NCBI GenBank assembly: GCA_016207245.1
Contig: JACQQA010000009.1
Span: 9,165-73,164 of the forward strand
Source of the DNA: Candidatus Magasanikiibacteriota bacterium
GTDB lineage: Bacteria; Patescibacteriota; Patescibacteriia; Magasanikbacterales; UBA922
Direction: 5' to 3'
DNA length: 64,000 nucleotides
Made by a program: the position numbers and the translations under genes. The number at the start of each line of letters is the position of its first letter. Within the stretch, counting starts at the first letter, position 1. The notes under the pieces are model-generated. The model had not been told where the DNA came from, did no database searches, and saw only the letters and a program-made list of their open reading frames with translations. This document shows, piece after piece, positions 38,832 through 49,325 of the stretch.

Positions 38832-39917
38832 ATGCAAACATTCTTAATCATTTTCCTGTCCGCCCTTTCAATCGCCCTGCTGATCGGTTTTGTTTTGCTA
38901 TACAAAAAACTCTCAACTCTGCAAAAACCAAAAGAAGGCGAGCAGAATCTGTTTGTCATGCTGCAAAACCAAATTCAAGACCTCTCGCGCGTGATGGACC
39001 AGAAAATGGCTGACACGCATCGGGTTGTCAATGACACGCAGGCAAATCTGCACAAAACCATCCAAACGCAATTCGGCCAAAGCATGAGAATCATTACTGA
39101 TGTCACGGAAAAACTTGCCAAACTGGATGAAACCAACCGGCAGGTGGTCGGGGTCGCGGAACAATTGCAGGGGTTGGAAAATGTTTTGAAAAACCCCAAA
39201 CACCGCGGGGTTTTGGGCGAGTATTATTTGGAGAACGTGCTGAAAAACGTGATGCCGCCGGGCGCGTATGAGATGCAATATAAATTCTCCGACGGTGATA
39301 TCGTTGATGCGGCGATTTTTATCAAAGACAAAATCGTCCCGATTGATTCCAAATTCAGTTTGGAAAACTACAACCGCGTTGTTGAGGAAAAGGATGAAAC
39401 CCACCGCGCCGAGTTGGAAAAATTGTTTAAACAAGATTTAAAAAATCGGATTGACGAGACAGCAAAATACATTAAGCCGAAAGAAAACACCATGGATTTC
39501 GCGTTTATGTTTATTCCGGCCGAGGGGATTTATTATGATTTATTGATTAACAAAGTCGGGGCGATTAAAATCAACACCCAGGATTTAATTGAGTACGCGT
39601 TCAAAGACAAGCATGTGATTATTGTTTCTCCCACCTCGTTTTTCGCTTACCTGCAAACCGTAATGCAGGGTTTGCGCGCCCTGCAGATTGAAGAATCAGC
39701 CAAAGAAATCCGCAAACAAGTGGAACAGCTCGGCAAACATCTGCTGTCTTACGAGGAATATATGAAAAAACTCGGTGTAAGCCTCGGCACAGTCGTAAAC
39801 CACTATAATACTTCTTACAAAGAGTTTGCTAAAATTGAAAAAGATGTGGTGAAAATCACCGAAGGCGAACGGCGAGTTGAGCCGCTGCAATTGGAGAAGC
39901 CGGCGATTGATGAGTAA
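38832..39917 (+). CDS. rmuC: DNA recombination protein RmuC
   Basis: RGVLGE, IDSKF, FAFMFIPAEG, VSPT. Confidence 0.92.
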   Translation: MQTFLIIFLSALSIALLIGFVLLYKKLSTLQKPKEGEQNLFVMLQNQIQDLSRVMDQKMADTHRVVNDTQANLHKTIQTQFGQSMRIITDVTEKLAKLDETNRQVVGVAEQLQGLENVLKNPKHRGVLGEYYLENVLKNVMPPGAYEMQYKFSDGDIVDAAIFIKDKIVPIDSKFSLENYNRVVEEKDETHRAELEKLFKQDLKNRIDETAKYIKPKENTMDFAFMFIPAEGIYYDLLINKVGAIKINTQDLIEYAFKDKHVIIVSPTSFFAYLQTVMQGLRALQIEESAKEIRKQVEQLGKHLLSYEEYMKKLGVSLGTVVNHYNTSYKEFAKIEKDVVKITEGERRVEPLQLEKPAIDE

Positions 39918-40012
39918 CAGAACACAGAATGCAAATAACAGAATACTTTTGTGAACGATTTTTGTCACTGTCGTCAAATCGTTGTATTCTGTTATTTGTG
40001 TCCTGCATTTTG
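39916..40012. repeat. Heptamer (ACAGAAT-like) inverted-repeat element
   Basis: Tandem ACAGAA arms, inverted TTCTGT arms, core shared with 48557-48660. Confidence 0.75.
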
Positions 40013-40020
40013 AAAAAATT

Positions 40021-40251
40021 ATGTTCCAAATAATAAAAATCAAGGTCATTCCCCGCGCTGGCAAAAATGAAATTGTCGGCAAGCTGGCGGACGGAACATT
40101 TAAAATAAAACTAAAAGCCCCGCCGGTGGATGGCAAGGCGAATGAAGAGTTGGTGAAATTTTTGAGTAAAGAGTGGGGTGTTGCCAAGTCAGAAGTCTGT
40201 ATAGTAAGCGGACAAAAAACCAGAACCAAGCTTGTCCAAATTGCCAATTAA
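40021..40251 (+). CDS. DUF167/YggU family protein
   Basis: KVIPRA...APPVDGKANEEL...SGQKTRTK. Confidence 0.9.
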   Translation: MFQIIKIKVIPRAGKNEIVGKLADGTFKIKLKAPPVDGKANEELVKFLSKEWGVAKSEVCIVSGQKTRTKLVQIAN

Positions 40252-40253
40252 AA

Positions 40254-40517
40254 TTACGGCAAATCTACCCCGCCCTTTCCCCATGGATTACATTTTGCTA
40301 TTCTCCACATCGCTTTCGGAATCCCCACAATGATTCCTCTTTTTTTTATTACCTGATAGGCATATTCGGAACAGGTGGGATAAAAGCGGCAGTATCCGCG
40401 CGGGTGCCGAAATTTAAACCAACCGTGGTCGGGTGAGAGGGTCTTCTGATAAAAGTAAATTAAACAAAGAAAAAAACGGCGAGGTAAAACTAAAATTATT
40501 TTAAAAATCCTCTTCAT
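40254..40517 (-). CDS. yidD: Membrane protein insertion efficiency factor YidD
   Basis: CRFYPTCSEY...RIAKCNPWGKGGVD. Confidence 0.95.
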   Translation of the reverse strand: MKRIFKIILVLPRRFFLCLIYFYQKTLSPDHGWFKFRHPRGYCRFYPTCSEYAYQVIKKRGIIVGIPKAMWRIAKCNPWGKGGVDLP

Positions 40518-40584
40518 AAATTTCTAATTGGAAATTTTATTAGAAATTACTGCCCACCACTCTTATCTCCTATCTCCATCTATC

Positions 40585-40968
40585 TCAATCTATTTTCATC
40601 ACTCCTGCTTTTCCCAAAACAAAATTTATATCTTTTTCAATCTCCCCATACTCCGCCCCCACCACTCCCGGCTTGGCCATAACAGAAACATGAAAACCGG
40701 TTTTCAGTTTCCCATCCTTCAATAATAAACGAACAACCTCGCGCATTTGCCGTTTAATCCGGTTGCGTTTAACCGCGCTCTTGCTAACTTTGACGCTAAC
40801 AACAAAAGCAATCTTTAAGTCGTCTGTCATATATTTCCGCCGCGGATATTTTTCCAGATTTATTTTCCAAATCTTCGCGGTAATGAATTTGCCGACAAAA
40901 AATCCACTCTCTTTAAAGAGAATATCAAAATCTTTCATGTGTTTTAGGCGATTTTCTTGCGGAAGCAT
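40585..40968 (-). CDS. rnpA: RNase P protein
   Basis: MLPQENRLK; KSAVKRNRIKR (RNR motif). Confidence 0.93.
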   Translation of the reverse strand: MLPQENRLKHMKDFDILFKESGFFVGKFITAKIWKINLEKYPRRKYMTDDLKIAFVVSVKVSKSAVKRNRIKRQMREVVRLLLKDGKLKTGFHVSVMAKPGVVGAEYGEIEKDINFVLGKAGVMKID

Positions 40969-41064
40969 AAAAACATCCAAACATATTAACATTCTAACAT
41001 ATTGGCACAAAAACAAAAGCGGCTGTTGCCGCTCGTGTTTCAATGTTAAAATGATTGTTTGTTT

Positions 41065-41241
41065 TTAGTGCGTTCTCTTGGTTCTCTTACCCTTGCGCTC
41101 ATCGCTTACAGTTAATTTCTTTCTGCCTTTAACTCGGCGTCTTTTTAATACCCCGCGGCCGTCCTGGGTCTTCATCCTGGCGCGGAAACCATGTTTTTTC
41201 GCTCTCTTGCGCTTATTTGGTTGGTAAGTTCGTTTAGACAT
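41065..41241 (-). CDS. rpmH: 50S ribosomal protein L34
   Basis: Manual translation [25 protein letters not shown]...[12 protein letters not shown]; 58 aa, below the ORF-track cutoff. Confidence 0.96.
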   Translation of the reverse strand: MSKRTYQPNKRKRAKKHGFRARMKTQDGRGVLKRRRVKGRKKLTVSDERKGKRTKRTH

Positions 41242-41418
41242 AAAATTAAATTTAGTGTGGAATAACTATATCATTGCCGTGTTTTATTGTCAAATTTGGC
41301 ATTTTCGCCTCTTTATCCCCACTATCCACAGTTTATCCCCAATTTACCCACTTTTTGGCTGGTTTAAGCCATTTTTGCTTTATAAAAAGTGTGGTAGAAT
41401 AGGACAAAAGAGAAAATT

Positions 41419-42819
41419 ATGACTAATCACGAAATATGGCAAGCAGTGTTAGCAGAGTTTGAATTAAAGCTAACTAAAGCCAATTTTACCACATGGTTCC
41501 ACCACACCGGCATATCTGAATATGAAAACAATCAGGTGGTGATTTGTGTTCCCAGCGCTTTTGCCAAAAACTGGCTAGAAAAAAAACACCACTCTGAAGT
41601 GGTAAAAATACTGGAAAAAGTGACTGGGAAGCCTTTAAAAAGGGTGGAATATCGAGTGGAAAACATAAAAAACATCGCGGAGCATGAGTGTGTTGTTGCC
41701 ACAACAAAAACAACACCTGCTCCGACTAGTGCTTTGGTGGCGCCCCAAAACATTCCAACACCCAAAACAAGCGGCCAAAACGGCGTTAGGTTTGGCCTTA
41801 ACCAAAACTACCTCTTTGATACTTTTGTTGTTGGCAAAGGTAATGAGTTGGCGCACGCCGCGGCTCAAGCGGTTGTAAATAGGCCGGGAGAAGCTTACAA
41901 TCCTCTCTTTATATATGGCGGAGTGGGTTTGGGAAAAACCCATCTTTTGCAAGCGATTGGACATGGTCTTTTGGAAAAAAACCCGCAAACCAAGATTCTT
42001 TATGTGAGTTCCGAGCGTTTTACCAATGATTTTGTATCTTCGGTTAAAGAGGGCCGAGCCAAAGAGTTTAAAGATCGGTACCGCAATGTTGATTTATTAT
42101 TAATTGATGATATTCAGTTCATTGGCGGCAAAGAACAGACACAAGAAGAGTTTTTTCACACCTTTAACGAACTACACCAACAACACAAACAGGTGGTAAT
42201 GACGTCTGATCGTCCGCCAAAAGCTATTCCGTCGCTGGAAGACCGTTTGCGCAGCCGTTTTGAGTGGGGAATGATTGTTGATGTGGCGGCGCCAGATCTT
42301 GAGACTCGCGTAGCTATTTTACAAACAAAGTGCCAAGAAAAATCTTTTATTTTAGACCAAAAACTCGTTCAAATGGTCGCGGTTGCCATCCAAAGCAATA
42401 TCCGTGAACTTGAGGGGGTTCTAAATAAAATAATCGCGGTCCACCAACTAAAAAACATGTCACCAAACGAAGAGTCGGTCCGGTCAGTCTTGTCCACATT
42501 GGAAGCGCAAAACCTGAGGCGTTCGGCAACACCAAAAGATGTTGTTGGTGTTGTTTCCGAGTTTTATGGTGTCGGACTTGACGATATTGTTGGCAAAAGC
42601 AGGGAAAAACGCTTGGCCGGACCGCGGCAGGTTGTCATGTTTTTGTTGCGCAACGAGCTAAAGATGTCTTATCCCGCAATTGGCGATGAGTTGGGCGGCA
42701 GAGACCACACCACGGCCATGCACGCGCACACCAAGGTCGGCACAGAAATGGAAAACGACCTTAAACTAAAACAGGATATTGAGGCAATCAAACAAAAATT
42801 ATATATTGGCGCCAGCTAA
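41419..42819 (+). CDS. dnaA: Replication initiator DnaA
   Basis: YNPLFIYGGVGLGKTHL, DLLLIDDIQF, GGRDHTT. Confidence 0.99.
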   Translation: MTNHEIWQAVLAEFELKLTKANFTTWFHHTGISEYENNQVVICVPSAFAKNWLEKKHHSEVVKILEKVTGKPLKRVEYRVENIKNIAEHECVVATTKTTPAPTSALVAPQNIPTPKTSGQNGVRFGLNQNYLFDTFVVGKGNELAHAAAQAVVNRPGEAYNPLFIYGGVGLGKTHLLQAIGHGLLEKNPQTKILYVSSERFTNDFVSSVKEGRAKEFKDRYRNVDLLLIDDIQFIGGKEQTQEEFFHTFNELHQQHKQVVMTSDRPPKAIPSLEDRLRSRFEWGMIVDVAAPDLETRVAILQTKCQEKSFILDQKLVQMVAVAIQSNIRELEGVLNKIIAVHQLKNMSPNEESVRSVLSTLEAQNLRRSATPKDVVGVVSEFYGVGLDDIVGKSREKRLAGPRQVVMFLLRNELKMSYPAIGDELGGRDHTTAMHAHTKVGTEMENDLKLKQDIEAIKQKLYIGAS

Positions 42820-43067
42820 CAACATGTGGAGAACGTGCGCGAATCCTGTTTAAATATGGTTGATATCAACGAACATTAATCACAGTTTTTCCACCGACAA
42901 AAATTTTTTACGAAAAATAACAACAATTTCTTAACAGACAAACAACAAAAGCTTTAACACAAAATTCATTAAAACTAAGCGATAAATATCGTTTTTACAC
43001 CAAAAACACAGCCCCTACTATCTATTACTATATATTTATATAATTCGATTAGTAACACGATAATAAT
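42820..43067. other. Probable oriC unwinding region
   Basis: AT-rich dnaA-dnaN intergenic region; ACACAGCCCCTACTATCTATTACTA resembles a DnaA-trio element; strand composition shifts near here. Confidence 0.7.
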
Positions 43068-44192
43068 ATGAAGTTTATTTGCACCAAAGAAAACTTGTCT
43101 TATTCGTTGGATTTGGTTAGCGGGGTGGCGGGAAGGCATGCAAGCCTGCCCATCCTATCGAACATCCTTGTGCAGGCCGAGACGTCCGGCGTCAGGTTGG
43201 TGTCCACAAACCTTGAGATGGCCACAAAAGCGAACCTGCGCGCCAAAGTTGATGAAACAGGGTCTTTCACTGTGCCGGCAAAAACATTAACCGACTTTGT
43301 GCATCTTTTGCCGGACGAACAAGTGGAGATTTCTCTACAAGAGAACGAGCTGTCTATAAAATGCGGAAACTCTTCCACAAAAATAAAAGGCGCGCCAGCG
43401 GATGAATATCCGGTAGTGCCGGAAATTGAAGAACAACACGCGTACGCGATAAACGCGGACAAGTTTAAGGACGCGCTGTCTCGCGTGGTTTTTGCCAGCG
43501 CGAAAAACGAGATCAGGCCGGAGCTTTCCGGTGTTTATTTTGGTTTGTTTACGGAGAGACACGCAGGAATGATACTGGCGGCGACAGACTCTTTTCGTTT
43601 GGCGGAAAAGAAGCTTGAAGTTGAACAAGGAAGCGATGAGGCGCGGGCGATTGTTCCAGCCAGAACCGCTTATGAAATGTCGCGGCTGGTTTCTTTGGCA
43701 AAGAACAAACAGGGAGAAGCGCAGATTAGGTTGTGGCTGAGCGACGGGCAGATTGCCATGCGCTACGATGATTTTGAGGTTAGTTCTCGTTTGGTTGAGG
43801 GGAAGTATCCAGATTACGCGCAGATTATTCCGACAAAAACAAAAACCACCGCGAGTTTTCCTGTGGGCGTTATGGTAAACAAAATAAAAGCCGCGAGTTT
43901 GTTTACCGCCACGGGCGTAAACGCGGTTTCGTTTGATTTAAACGCGGGGCAAGGAACAATCGGACTGTCTTCCACCAGCACACAAACCGGCGAACACTCA
44001 TCGGAAATAGAATCCGAAGTGGTTGGCGAGGAAAACTCAATTTTATTAAACCACCGCTATGTTTTGGATGGCTTACAAAATCTTAACAACGAAGACGGCG
44101 AGCTTGGGGTGAACAGCAGCGACACACCCTGTGTGTTTAAAGCAAAAAGCAAAGACGATTATGTTTATGTGGTGATGCCGATTAGGCAGTAA
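43068..44192 (+). CDS. dnaN: DNA polymerase III beta clamp
   Basis: LPILSN, ATDSFRLA, YVVMPIR. Confidence 0.97.
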   Translation: MKFICTKENLSYSLDLVSGVAGRHASLPILSNILVQAETSGVRLVSTNLEMATKANLRAKVDETGSFTVPAKTLTDFVHLLPDEQVEISLQENELSIKCGNSSTKIKGAPADEYPVVPEIEEQHAYAINADKFKDALSRVVFASAKNEIRPELSGVYFGLFTERHAGMILAATDSFRLAEKKLEVEQGSDEARAIVPARTAYEMSRLVSLAKNKQGEAQIRLWLSDGQIAMRYDDFEVSSRLVEGKYPDYAQIIPTKTKTTASFPVGVMVNKIKAASLFTATGVNAVSFDLNAGQGTIGLSSTSTQTGEHSSEIESEVVGEENSILLNHRYVLDGLQNLNNEDGELGVNSSDTPCVFKAKSKDDYVYVVMPIRQ

Positions 44193-44216
44193 TTGGGGGA
44201 GGGAGGAGAGGTGGGA

Positions 44217-44717
44217 TTAGGGCAGAGAGACAATTGACATGCGAAGGTCTTCCGCCATAGCCAATTCTTTCGCGCAGCCGGTAGATCCAGGGAGATCTTC
44301 CTTGAAGTGGTAGAGTGTCGCGCCTCTTTTGCTAAGCGCCACAATCACCCACACCCAAAAGACCATGTGCTCGGTTGGTCCCCAATGGGTCGACGGCATT
44401 TTGTCGGCGGCAGGATTGATCGTGTTTGAAGGAAGGTGTTTTGCGCGCCACTTACCGAGCAGGATGTTTTTTTGGTACGTCCAGCCAAGAGTGCCGTTGT
44501 CACCAATACGAGTGGACAAGTAGTGTTCAGCCGACAAGAGTTTGCGCAGGAAACAGCAGACTTCTCTTGGACTAAGCATGATTCCAAGAATGAAAGCGGC
44601 CGGACGGAACGGACGATAGCCGTTCGTGGTGCGGAGCTTCAGAATTTCGTAGCGGCGCAGAAGATGAAGCGTGGTGCGGATAGTGTGGGGGGAGAACAGC
44701 GCCAGATACCTCTGCAT
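44217..44717 (-). CDS. Orphan protein
   Basis: ATG with SD GAGGAGG; 166-aa ORF of atypical composition. Confidence 0.5.
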   Translation of the reverse strand: MQRYLALFSPHTIRTTLHLLRRYEILKLRTTNGYRPFRPAAFILGIMLSPREVCCFLRKLLSAEHYLSTRIGDNGTLGWTYQKNILLGKWRAKHLPSNTINPAADKMPSTHWGPTEHMVFWVWVIVALSKRGATLYHFKEDLPGSTGCAKELAMAEDLRMSIVSLP

Positions 44718-44784
44718 CACAGCCTCCTCTCTGTGTGTGTTGAGAACCTCTCCGTTATTGATAAAAAGAACCAAATGAATTTTA

Positions 44785-47763
44785 TCAGATAACATTTATT
44801 TCCACAACATCGCTTTTGGTTTTATCCCCAGTCTTTGTCTCCGGTTCCGCGATTAGACTCCAAGCGCCTGTTTCCGGCGCGGAATTCCAGGTAAAAATAA
44901 TTTGATTATTAAAAAGATTTGAAAAGTCTGATATTGTTGCGAGAATAGTTTTTTCTCCGCCGGGTTTTTGTTGATAAATTATTACCTCTTTAATTTGTTC
45001 TAATTTAAACGGCTCCAGCGCGAACTGAATCGGAAAATTGTTTTGCGAAACAGTTTTATTTTTTTCCACCCACGAAACACTCGGCGGCTCCTCTCCGGCC
45101 TGCAAAGTAAAATTTATTGTCTGTTCGGTTTTGTTGCCAATATCATCTTCAACTAAAACCAACAGTGTGTGCGCGCCCGGCTCTAACCACTTAGCATAGT
45201 AATTTAAATTAAATGGGCTGGTTTTTATCACACCAACATAGCGATCCTCAATTTTGTAAGTTACCCGACTCACTCCGCGTGGAGCGCGGAAAATAAAATT
45301 GGTGTCAATTTGGCGAGAGTATAATATTGCTCCGTCGGTTGGAAAAACAAATTCTATTGTCGGCGCCAGTTCCGCGGAATGTTCGCTGTCATATTCTGTT
45401 GGCGGGTCGGCAAAACTTATCTGCCAGTCCGGATTTTTTTCTTTGGTCCTTTTTATCCAGTCTTGAATCGCGTTTTCCCAGATTTGATATTGCGGGTCAT
45501 CGGCGGGGTTTTCCGGCGCCGGTCCGCGCGGGTCGTCTTTATTCACGTAATGCAAAATGGAATGCGCCGGCAAGTAAGAACGCTGAACAATATATTTTTC
45601 CGGTGTTGAGCTGGAAGCGATTTTGCCGGTCAGTTTATCAATTGACAAGGTGATCGCGCCGTTGGTTGAGCCGCGTAAAATCGGCTTCTGCGCGTCGTTT
45701 GGCGGCGGTTCCGGAAAAACCTCCACCGGCGAATTTTTTAACGCCTCGCGCATAAATTTGTTCCAAATAACGCCGGCTACTTTGCTGCCGCCATACCCCT
45801 GCTTCATTTGGGTATTATCCGTATTACCGGCCCACACGCCGGCGACAAAGCTTGGGGTATATCCGATTGTCCACGCGTCAACATAATTATTCGTGGTGCC
45901 GGTTTTTGCCGCCACCGGCCGATCAGGCAAAGTTAAAGTTCCGCCGGCGCCGAACATATAAGCCCGCGCCGCGTCATCGCTTAAAACATTGGAAATCGTC
46001 GCGGTGATTTTTTCATCCAAAACTTTTTCGCCTTTGGTTTTTTTCCATTCAAACAAAGTGTCGCCGGCGCTGTCTTCCACGCGCAAAATGCTAACCGACT
46101 CAAACTTATTTCCGTTATCAGCAAAAACAGAATAAGCGCGAACATGATCAAGTAATTTTATTTCTCCGCCGCCCAGCACGAGAGTTAAACCAAACTCGCC
46201 GTCGCTTAAAGTCGTATAACCCATTCTTTTGGCAAACTCCACAGACTTATCCTGCCCGACCAAATACATAGTCTGCACCGCCGGAATATTCAGCGAGCCC
46301 TGCAATGCCTGCCGCATACTCACCGGTCCGCGCTCTTTGGAATCATAATCAACCGGCTGGTAAGGTTTTCCGGAAACCGCGAAATTAGTCAACACATCAA
46401 AAAGCACCGTATCCGGAGTGTAGCCTTTTTCAAATGCCGCGGCGTAAATAATCGGTTTGAAAGACGAACCCGGCTGGCGCTTGCCCAAGGTCGCGACATT
46501 AAATTGGCCATCAATGGTTTCATCAAAAAAATCTCGCGAGCCGATCATTGATAAAATTTGCCCATTTTTTGGATCCATTGCCACCAGCGCGGCATTGTTC
46601 GCGCCGGCTTCCAGCAAACTTTTTTCATTTTCTTTTATCGCCAGTTCAGCGGCCTGTTGTTTTTCCCAATCTAATGTGGTAATTACTTTCAAACCGCCGG
46701 TGTCAACCAACTGTTCGCCGAACAAACCCACCAGCTGTCCTTTAACATAAAGCACAAAATGCGGAGCCTGTATATTTTCAATTTTCTGCTTGATTTTCAG
46801 CGGCTCGGCCTGCGCCGTGTCAGCTTCGGCGCGCGAAAGATAGCCTTCGGCGACCATTCTTTCCAAAACAAAATCGCGCCGATTTTTTAATTTATCCGGG
46901 TCGTTTAAATAGAGCGATGGCGCTTTCGGCAGACCGGCGAGCGTCGCGGCCTCGGCGAGCGTTACGTCAGAAACATGTTTGCCAAAATAACTTTGCGCGG
47001 CGGACTCAACACCATAATTGGTTGATCCGTAAGGAATTTCGTTAAAATAAATTTTCAGAATCTGCTCTTTGGTATATTTTTGTTCCAAACGGACGGATAA
47101 AATAATTTCTTTGATTTTGCGGGTAATTTTTCTTTCATTGGTCAGCACCGCGTTTTTCACCAACTGTTGCGTCAAAGTTGATGTGCCGCCAATGCGCTTG
47201 CTGGTGAACACGCCATAGAAAATCGCGCGCAACATGCTTAGGGGCCGGATGCCCTTGTGTTGGAAAAATTCCGTGTCTTCTGTCGCGATTACACCGTTGA
47301 CTAGATATTGCGGAACCTGATCAAGCTCAACCAGAGTTCTTTTTTCCTGCGAGTAAACCTCATAAAGCAAATGCTCGCCGGTGCGGTCAAAAATTTTTGT
47401 GCTTTGCGCCACCTTGCGGTCCGTCAGTTTATCAGGATCCGGCAGGTCTCGGCTGGCCCAGGCAACCATAATGGTACCAGCCAGAAAGATAAATATAAGC
47501 CCAACCAGTGTCAGCCAACAGGCTTTTTTCCAGAGATATTTTTTTGTTTGCGGGTTTGGTTTGGGCAGTTTTTTCCAAACCCAAAACAAGGTTTTTAAGA
47601 CAAAAAAGGCAATAATCATGGGCGACAAAAGGAGCTTGATAATAAATTTTTGCCGTCTTGTCCAGCCACCGCGGTTTTGCGCGTATACGCGAGTTTTGGG
47701 CTCAATCGGATTGGTTTTGCCGGTATAACCGTAAGTCCGGCGATAGTTATCCCCATTGCTCAT
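44785..47763 (-). CDS. Class A penicillin-binding protein (PBP1A family) with C-terminal Ig-like domains
   Basis: EDTEFFQH and STLTQQLVKN (transglycosylase); SSFK, SLN and KTGT (transpeptidase). Confidence 0.95.
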   Translation of the reverse strand: MSNGDNYRRTYGYTGKTNPIEPKTRVYAQNRGGWTRRQKFIIKLLLSPMIIAFFVLKTLFWVWKKLPKPNPQTKKYLWKKACWLTLVGLIFIFLAGTIMVAWASRDLPDPDKLTDRKVAQSTKIFDRTGEHLLYEVYSQEKRTLVELDQVPQYLVNGVIATEDTEFFQHKGIRPLSMLRAIFYGVFTSKRIGGTSTLTQQLVKNAVLTNERKITRKIKEIILSVRLEQKYTKEQILKIYFNEIPYGSTNYGVESAAQSYFGKHVSDVTLAEAATLAGLPKAPSLYLNDPDKLKNRRDFVLERMVAEGYLSRAEADTAQAEPLKIKQKIENIQAPHFVLYVKGQLVGLFGEQLVDTGGLKVITTLDWEKQQAAELAIKENEKSLLEAGANNAALVAMDPKNGQILSMIGSRDFFDETIDGQFNVATLGKRQPGSSFKPIIYAAAFEKGYTPDTVLFDVLTNFAVSGKPYQPVDYDSKERGPVSMRQALQGSLNIPAVQTMYLVGQDKSVEFAKRMGYTTLSDGEFGLTLVLGGGEIKLLDHVRAYSVFADNGNKFESVSILRVEDSAGDTLFEWKKTKGEKVLDEKITATISNVLSDDAARAYMFGAGGTLTLPDRPVAAKTGTTNNYVDAWTIGYTPSFVAGVWAGNTDNTQMKQGYGGSKVAGVIWNKFMREALKNSPVEVFPEPPPNDAQKPILRGSTNGAITLSIDKLTGKIASSSTPEKYIVQRSYLPAHSILHYVNKDDPRGPAPENPADDPQYQIWENAIQDWIKRTKEKNPDWQISFADPPTEYDSEHSAELAPTIEFVFPTDGAILYSRQIDTNFIFRAPRGVSRVTYKIEDRYVGVIKTSPFNLNYYAKWLEPGAHTLLVLVEDDIGNKTEQTINFTLQAGEEPPSVSWVEKNKTVSQNNFPIQFALEPFKLEQIKEVIIYQQKPGGEKTILATISDFSNLFNNQIIFTWNSAPETGAWSLIAEPETKTGDKTKSDVVEINVI

Positions 47764-47862
47764 ATTTGGCTTATTTAAGCTGGTTTTTTGTTAGTTTGAC
47801 CAATGTAAATATTATATCACACTATTGACAAAAGCGCATTTTTATGATATAATGTCGCGGTT

Positions 47863-48369
47863 ATGAGTTTACTTAACAAAAGTCAAAAAATTTGGGTAAA
47901 AAGAACTGTCGCCATATTGGCCATAATCAGTTTTATTGTGTCTGCCGGCAGGCCGCAGATGGCCGAAGCCGTGTCTTTGGCCGACTTGTTTAGTTTGGAT
48001 TTTGTAAACGCGGTTGAGCCATCTGAATTGCCAACCTCTTCTGACCGCGAGCCGGTAAGGATGGTTTGGGTGGTAGTAACGGCCTATTCCAGCACTTCTG
48101 ACCAAACTGACAACACACCTTGCATTGCCGCCAAAGGTTTTGATTTGTGCAAAGCGCATGCGGAATTCGGCGAGGGCAACACGATCGCCGCCAACTTTTT
48201 GCCGATAAACAAACAAATTAAACTGCCGGAACTGTTCGGCGACAAAACTTTCGTGGTTCGCGACCGCATGAACGAACGCTACGGCAACGGCCGGATTGAT
48301 GTCTGGATGCCGACGCGGGAAATGGCGAAAGAGTTTGGGGTGAAGAGGGTGAAGATGGAGATTTATTAA
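47863..48369 (+). CDS. 3D-domain protein
   Basis: TAYSS..QTD..PC, VRDRM, RIDVW. Confidence 0.85.
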   Translation: MSLLNKSQKIWVKRTVAILAIISFIVSAGRPQMAEAVSLADLFSLDFVNAVEPSELPTSSDREPVRMVWVVVTAYSSTSDQTDNTPCIAAKGFDLCKAHAEFGEGNTIAANFLPINKQIKLPELFGDKTFVVRDRMNERYGNGRIDVWMPTREMAKEFGVKRVKMEIY

Positions 48370-48434
48370 TCAGAATGCAAAATTCAGATAACAGAATACA
48401 TACGAAACCCGCCGATGAGGCGGGTTTTAGTTTG

Positions 48435-48506
48435 AGGTACCGGCGAGAATTGCACTCGCGCATAGAGGTTTTGCAGACCTCTGCCTTACTGCTTGGCTAC
48501 GGTACC
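48435..48506 (-). tRNA. tRNA-Cys(GCA)
   Basis: Acceptor GGTACCG/CGGTACC-U73; anticodon arm GAGGT-CTGCAAA-ACCTC. Confidence 0.93.
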
Positions 48507-48556
48507 GCGAATGTGGATATTCTAACATTTTTTTCAAATTAGTCAACCGGCAGCCG

Positions 48557-48660
48557 CAGAAATCAGAAGACAGATAACAGGATACATTTTTGTGAACGAT
48601 TTTTATCACTGTCGTCAATTCGCTGCATTTTGTTATCTGTATTCTGAATTCTGACATCTG
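48557..48660. repeat. Heptamer inverted-repeat element
   Basis: Core 33/35 identical to 39947-39981. Confidence 0.75.
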
Positions 48661-48893
48661 TCTTGACTTTTTTTTCGCCAACAAATATAATTAACCCCAT
48701 CGTCTCGGCGAACCGAGGCAGACACAGCTCGTATGCGACGGGTTGCCGCATTTCGCGGTCTTTTCTCTACCTTGGCTGTCGTATTAAGGAGGACGGCAGA
48801 CGAATTTGGTGAATCCAAGGAATGAGACAAGAGCGTCTGGTTTGGCGAGTCGGACAGTGACAACACTGGTTCTCAACCAACAGAAAGGACAAG

Positions 48894-49325
48894 ATGAAGA
48901 AGATTCTCGGAATTGCAGCGGTTCTGCTCCTTTGTGGGGCGACCGCCTCTGCCAAGGCGACCGGTGTCGGTCCGCCTTCCAACGCGCGGGACTGTATCAG
49001 TATATGCTTCGGCGACATGGCGATCGGCGTGCAGGTCAATGGCGACCAGGCAGCCGACATCGGCGTGATCTTCAACGACACCGCGATCTTCATGGGCGCG
49101 ACTGACGGCGGCTTACAAGAGTACCTGCACGTCATACACATCGCGGCGACACAGCTCGAGGCCAACTCTGGCTCGGCAACGGGGGTGGACCTCCTGGGCG
49201 CCGGGAAGATTGACGCGGCCTTCTTCATGAGCGAGGATGAGGCGCAGCCTGTGTCCACGGCTGTCATTCACTCTCCGCCACCCGACCCCAACACCGGATT
49301 CCGTGGCATCACCAGCGTCGGCTGA
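48894..49325 (+). CDS. Secreted orphan protein (GC-rich)
   Basis: Signal peptide MKKILGIAAVLLLCGATASA; SD AAGGA; long GC-rich leader. Confidence 0.65.
   Translation: MKKILGIAAVLLLCGATASAKATGVGPPSNARDCISICFGDMAIGVQVNGDQAADIGVIFNDTAIFMGATDGGLQEYLHVIHIAATQLEANSGSATGVDLLGAGKIDAAFFMSEDEAQPVSTAVIHSPPPDPNTGFRGITSVG

Noticed and set aside
40254..40517. Absence of yidC after yidD as a novel loss
   Set aside because: yidC may lie elsewhere in the genome; this cannot be judged from the window.
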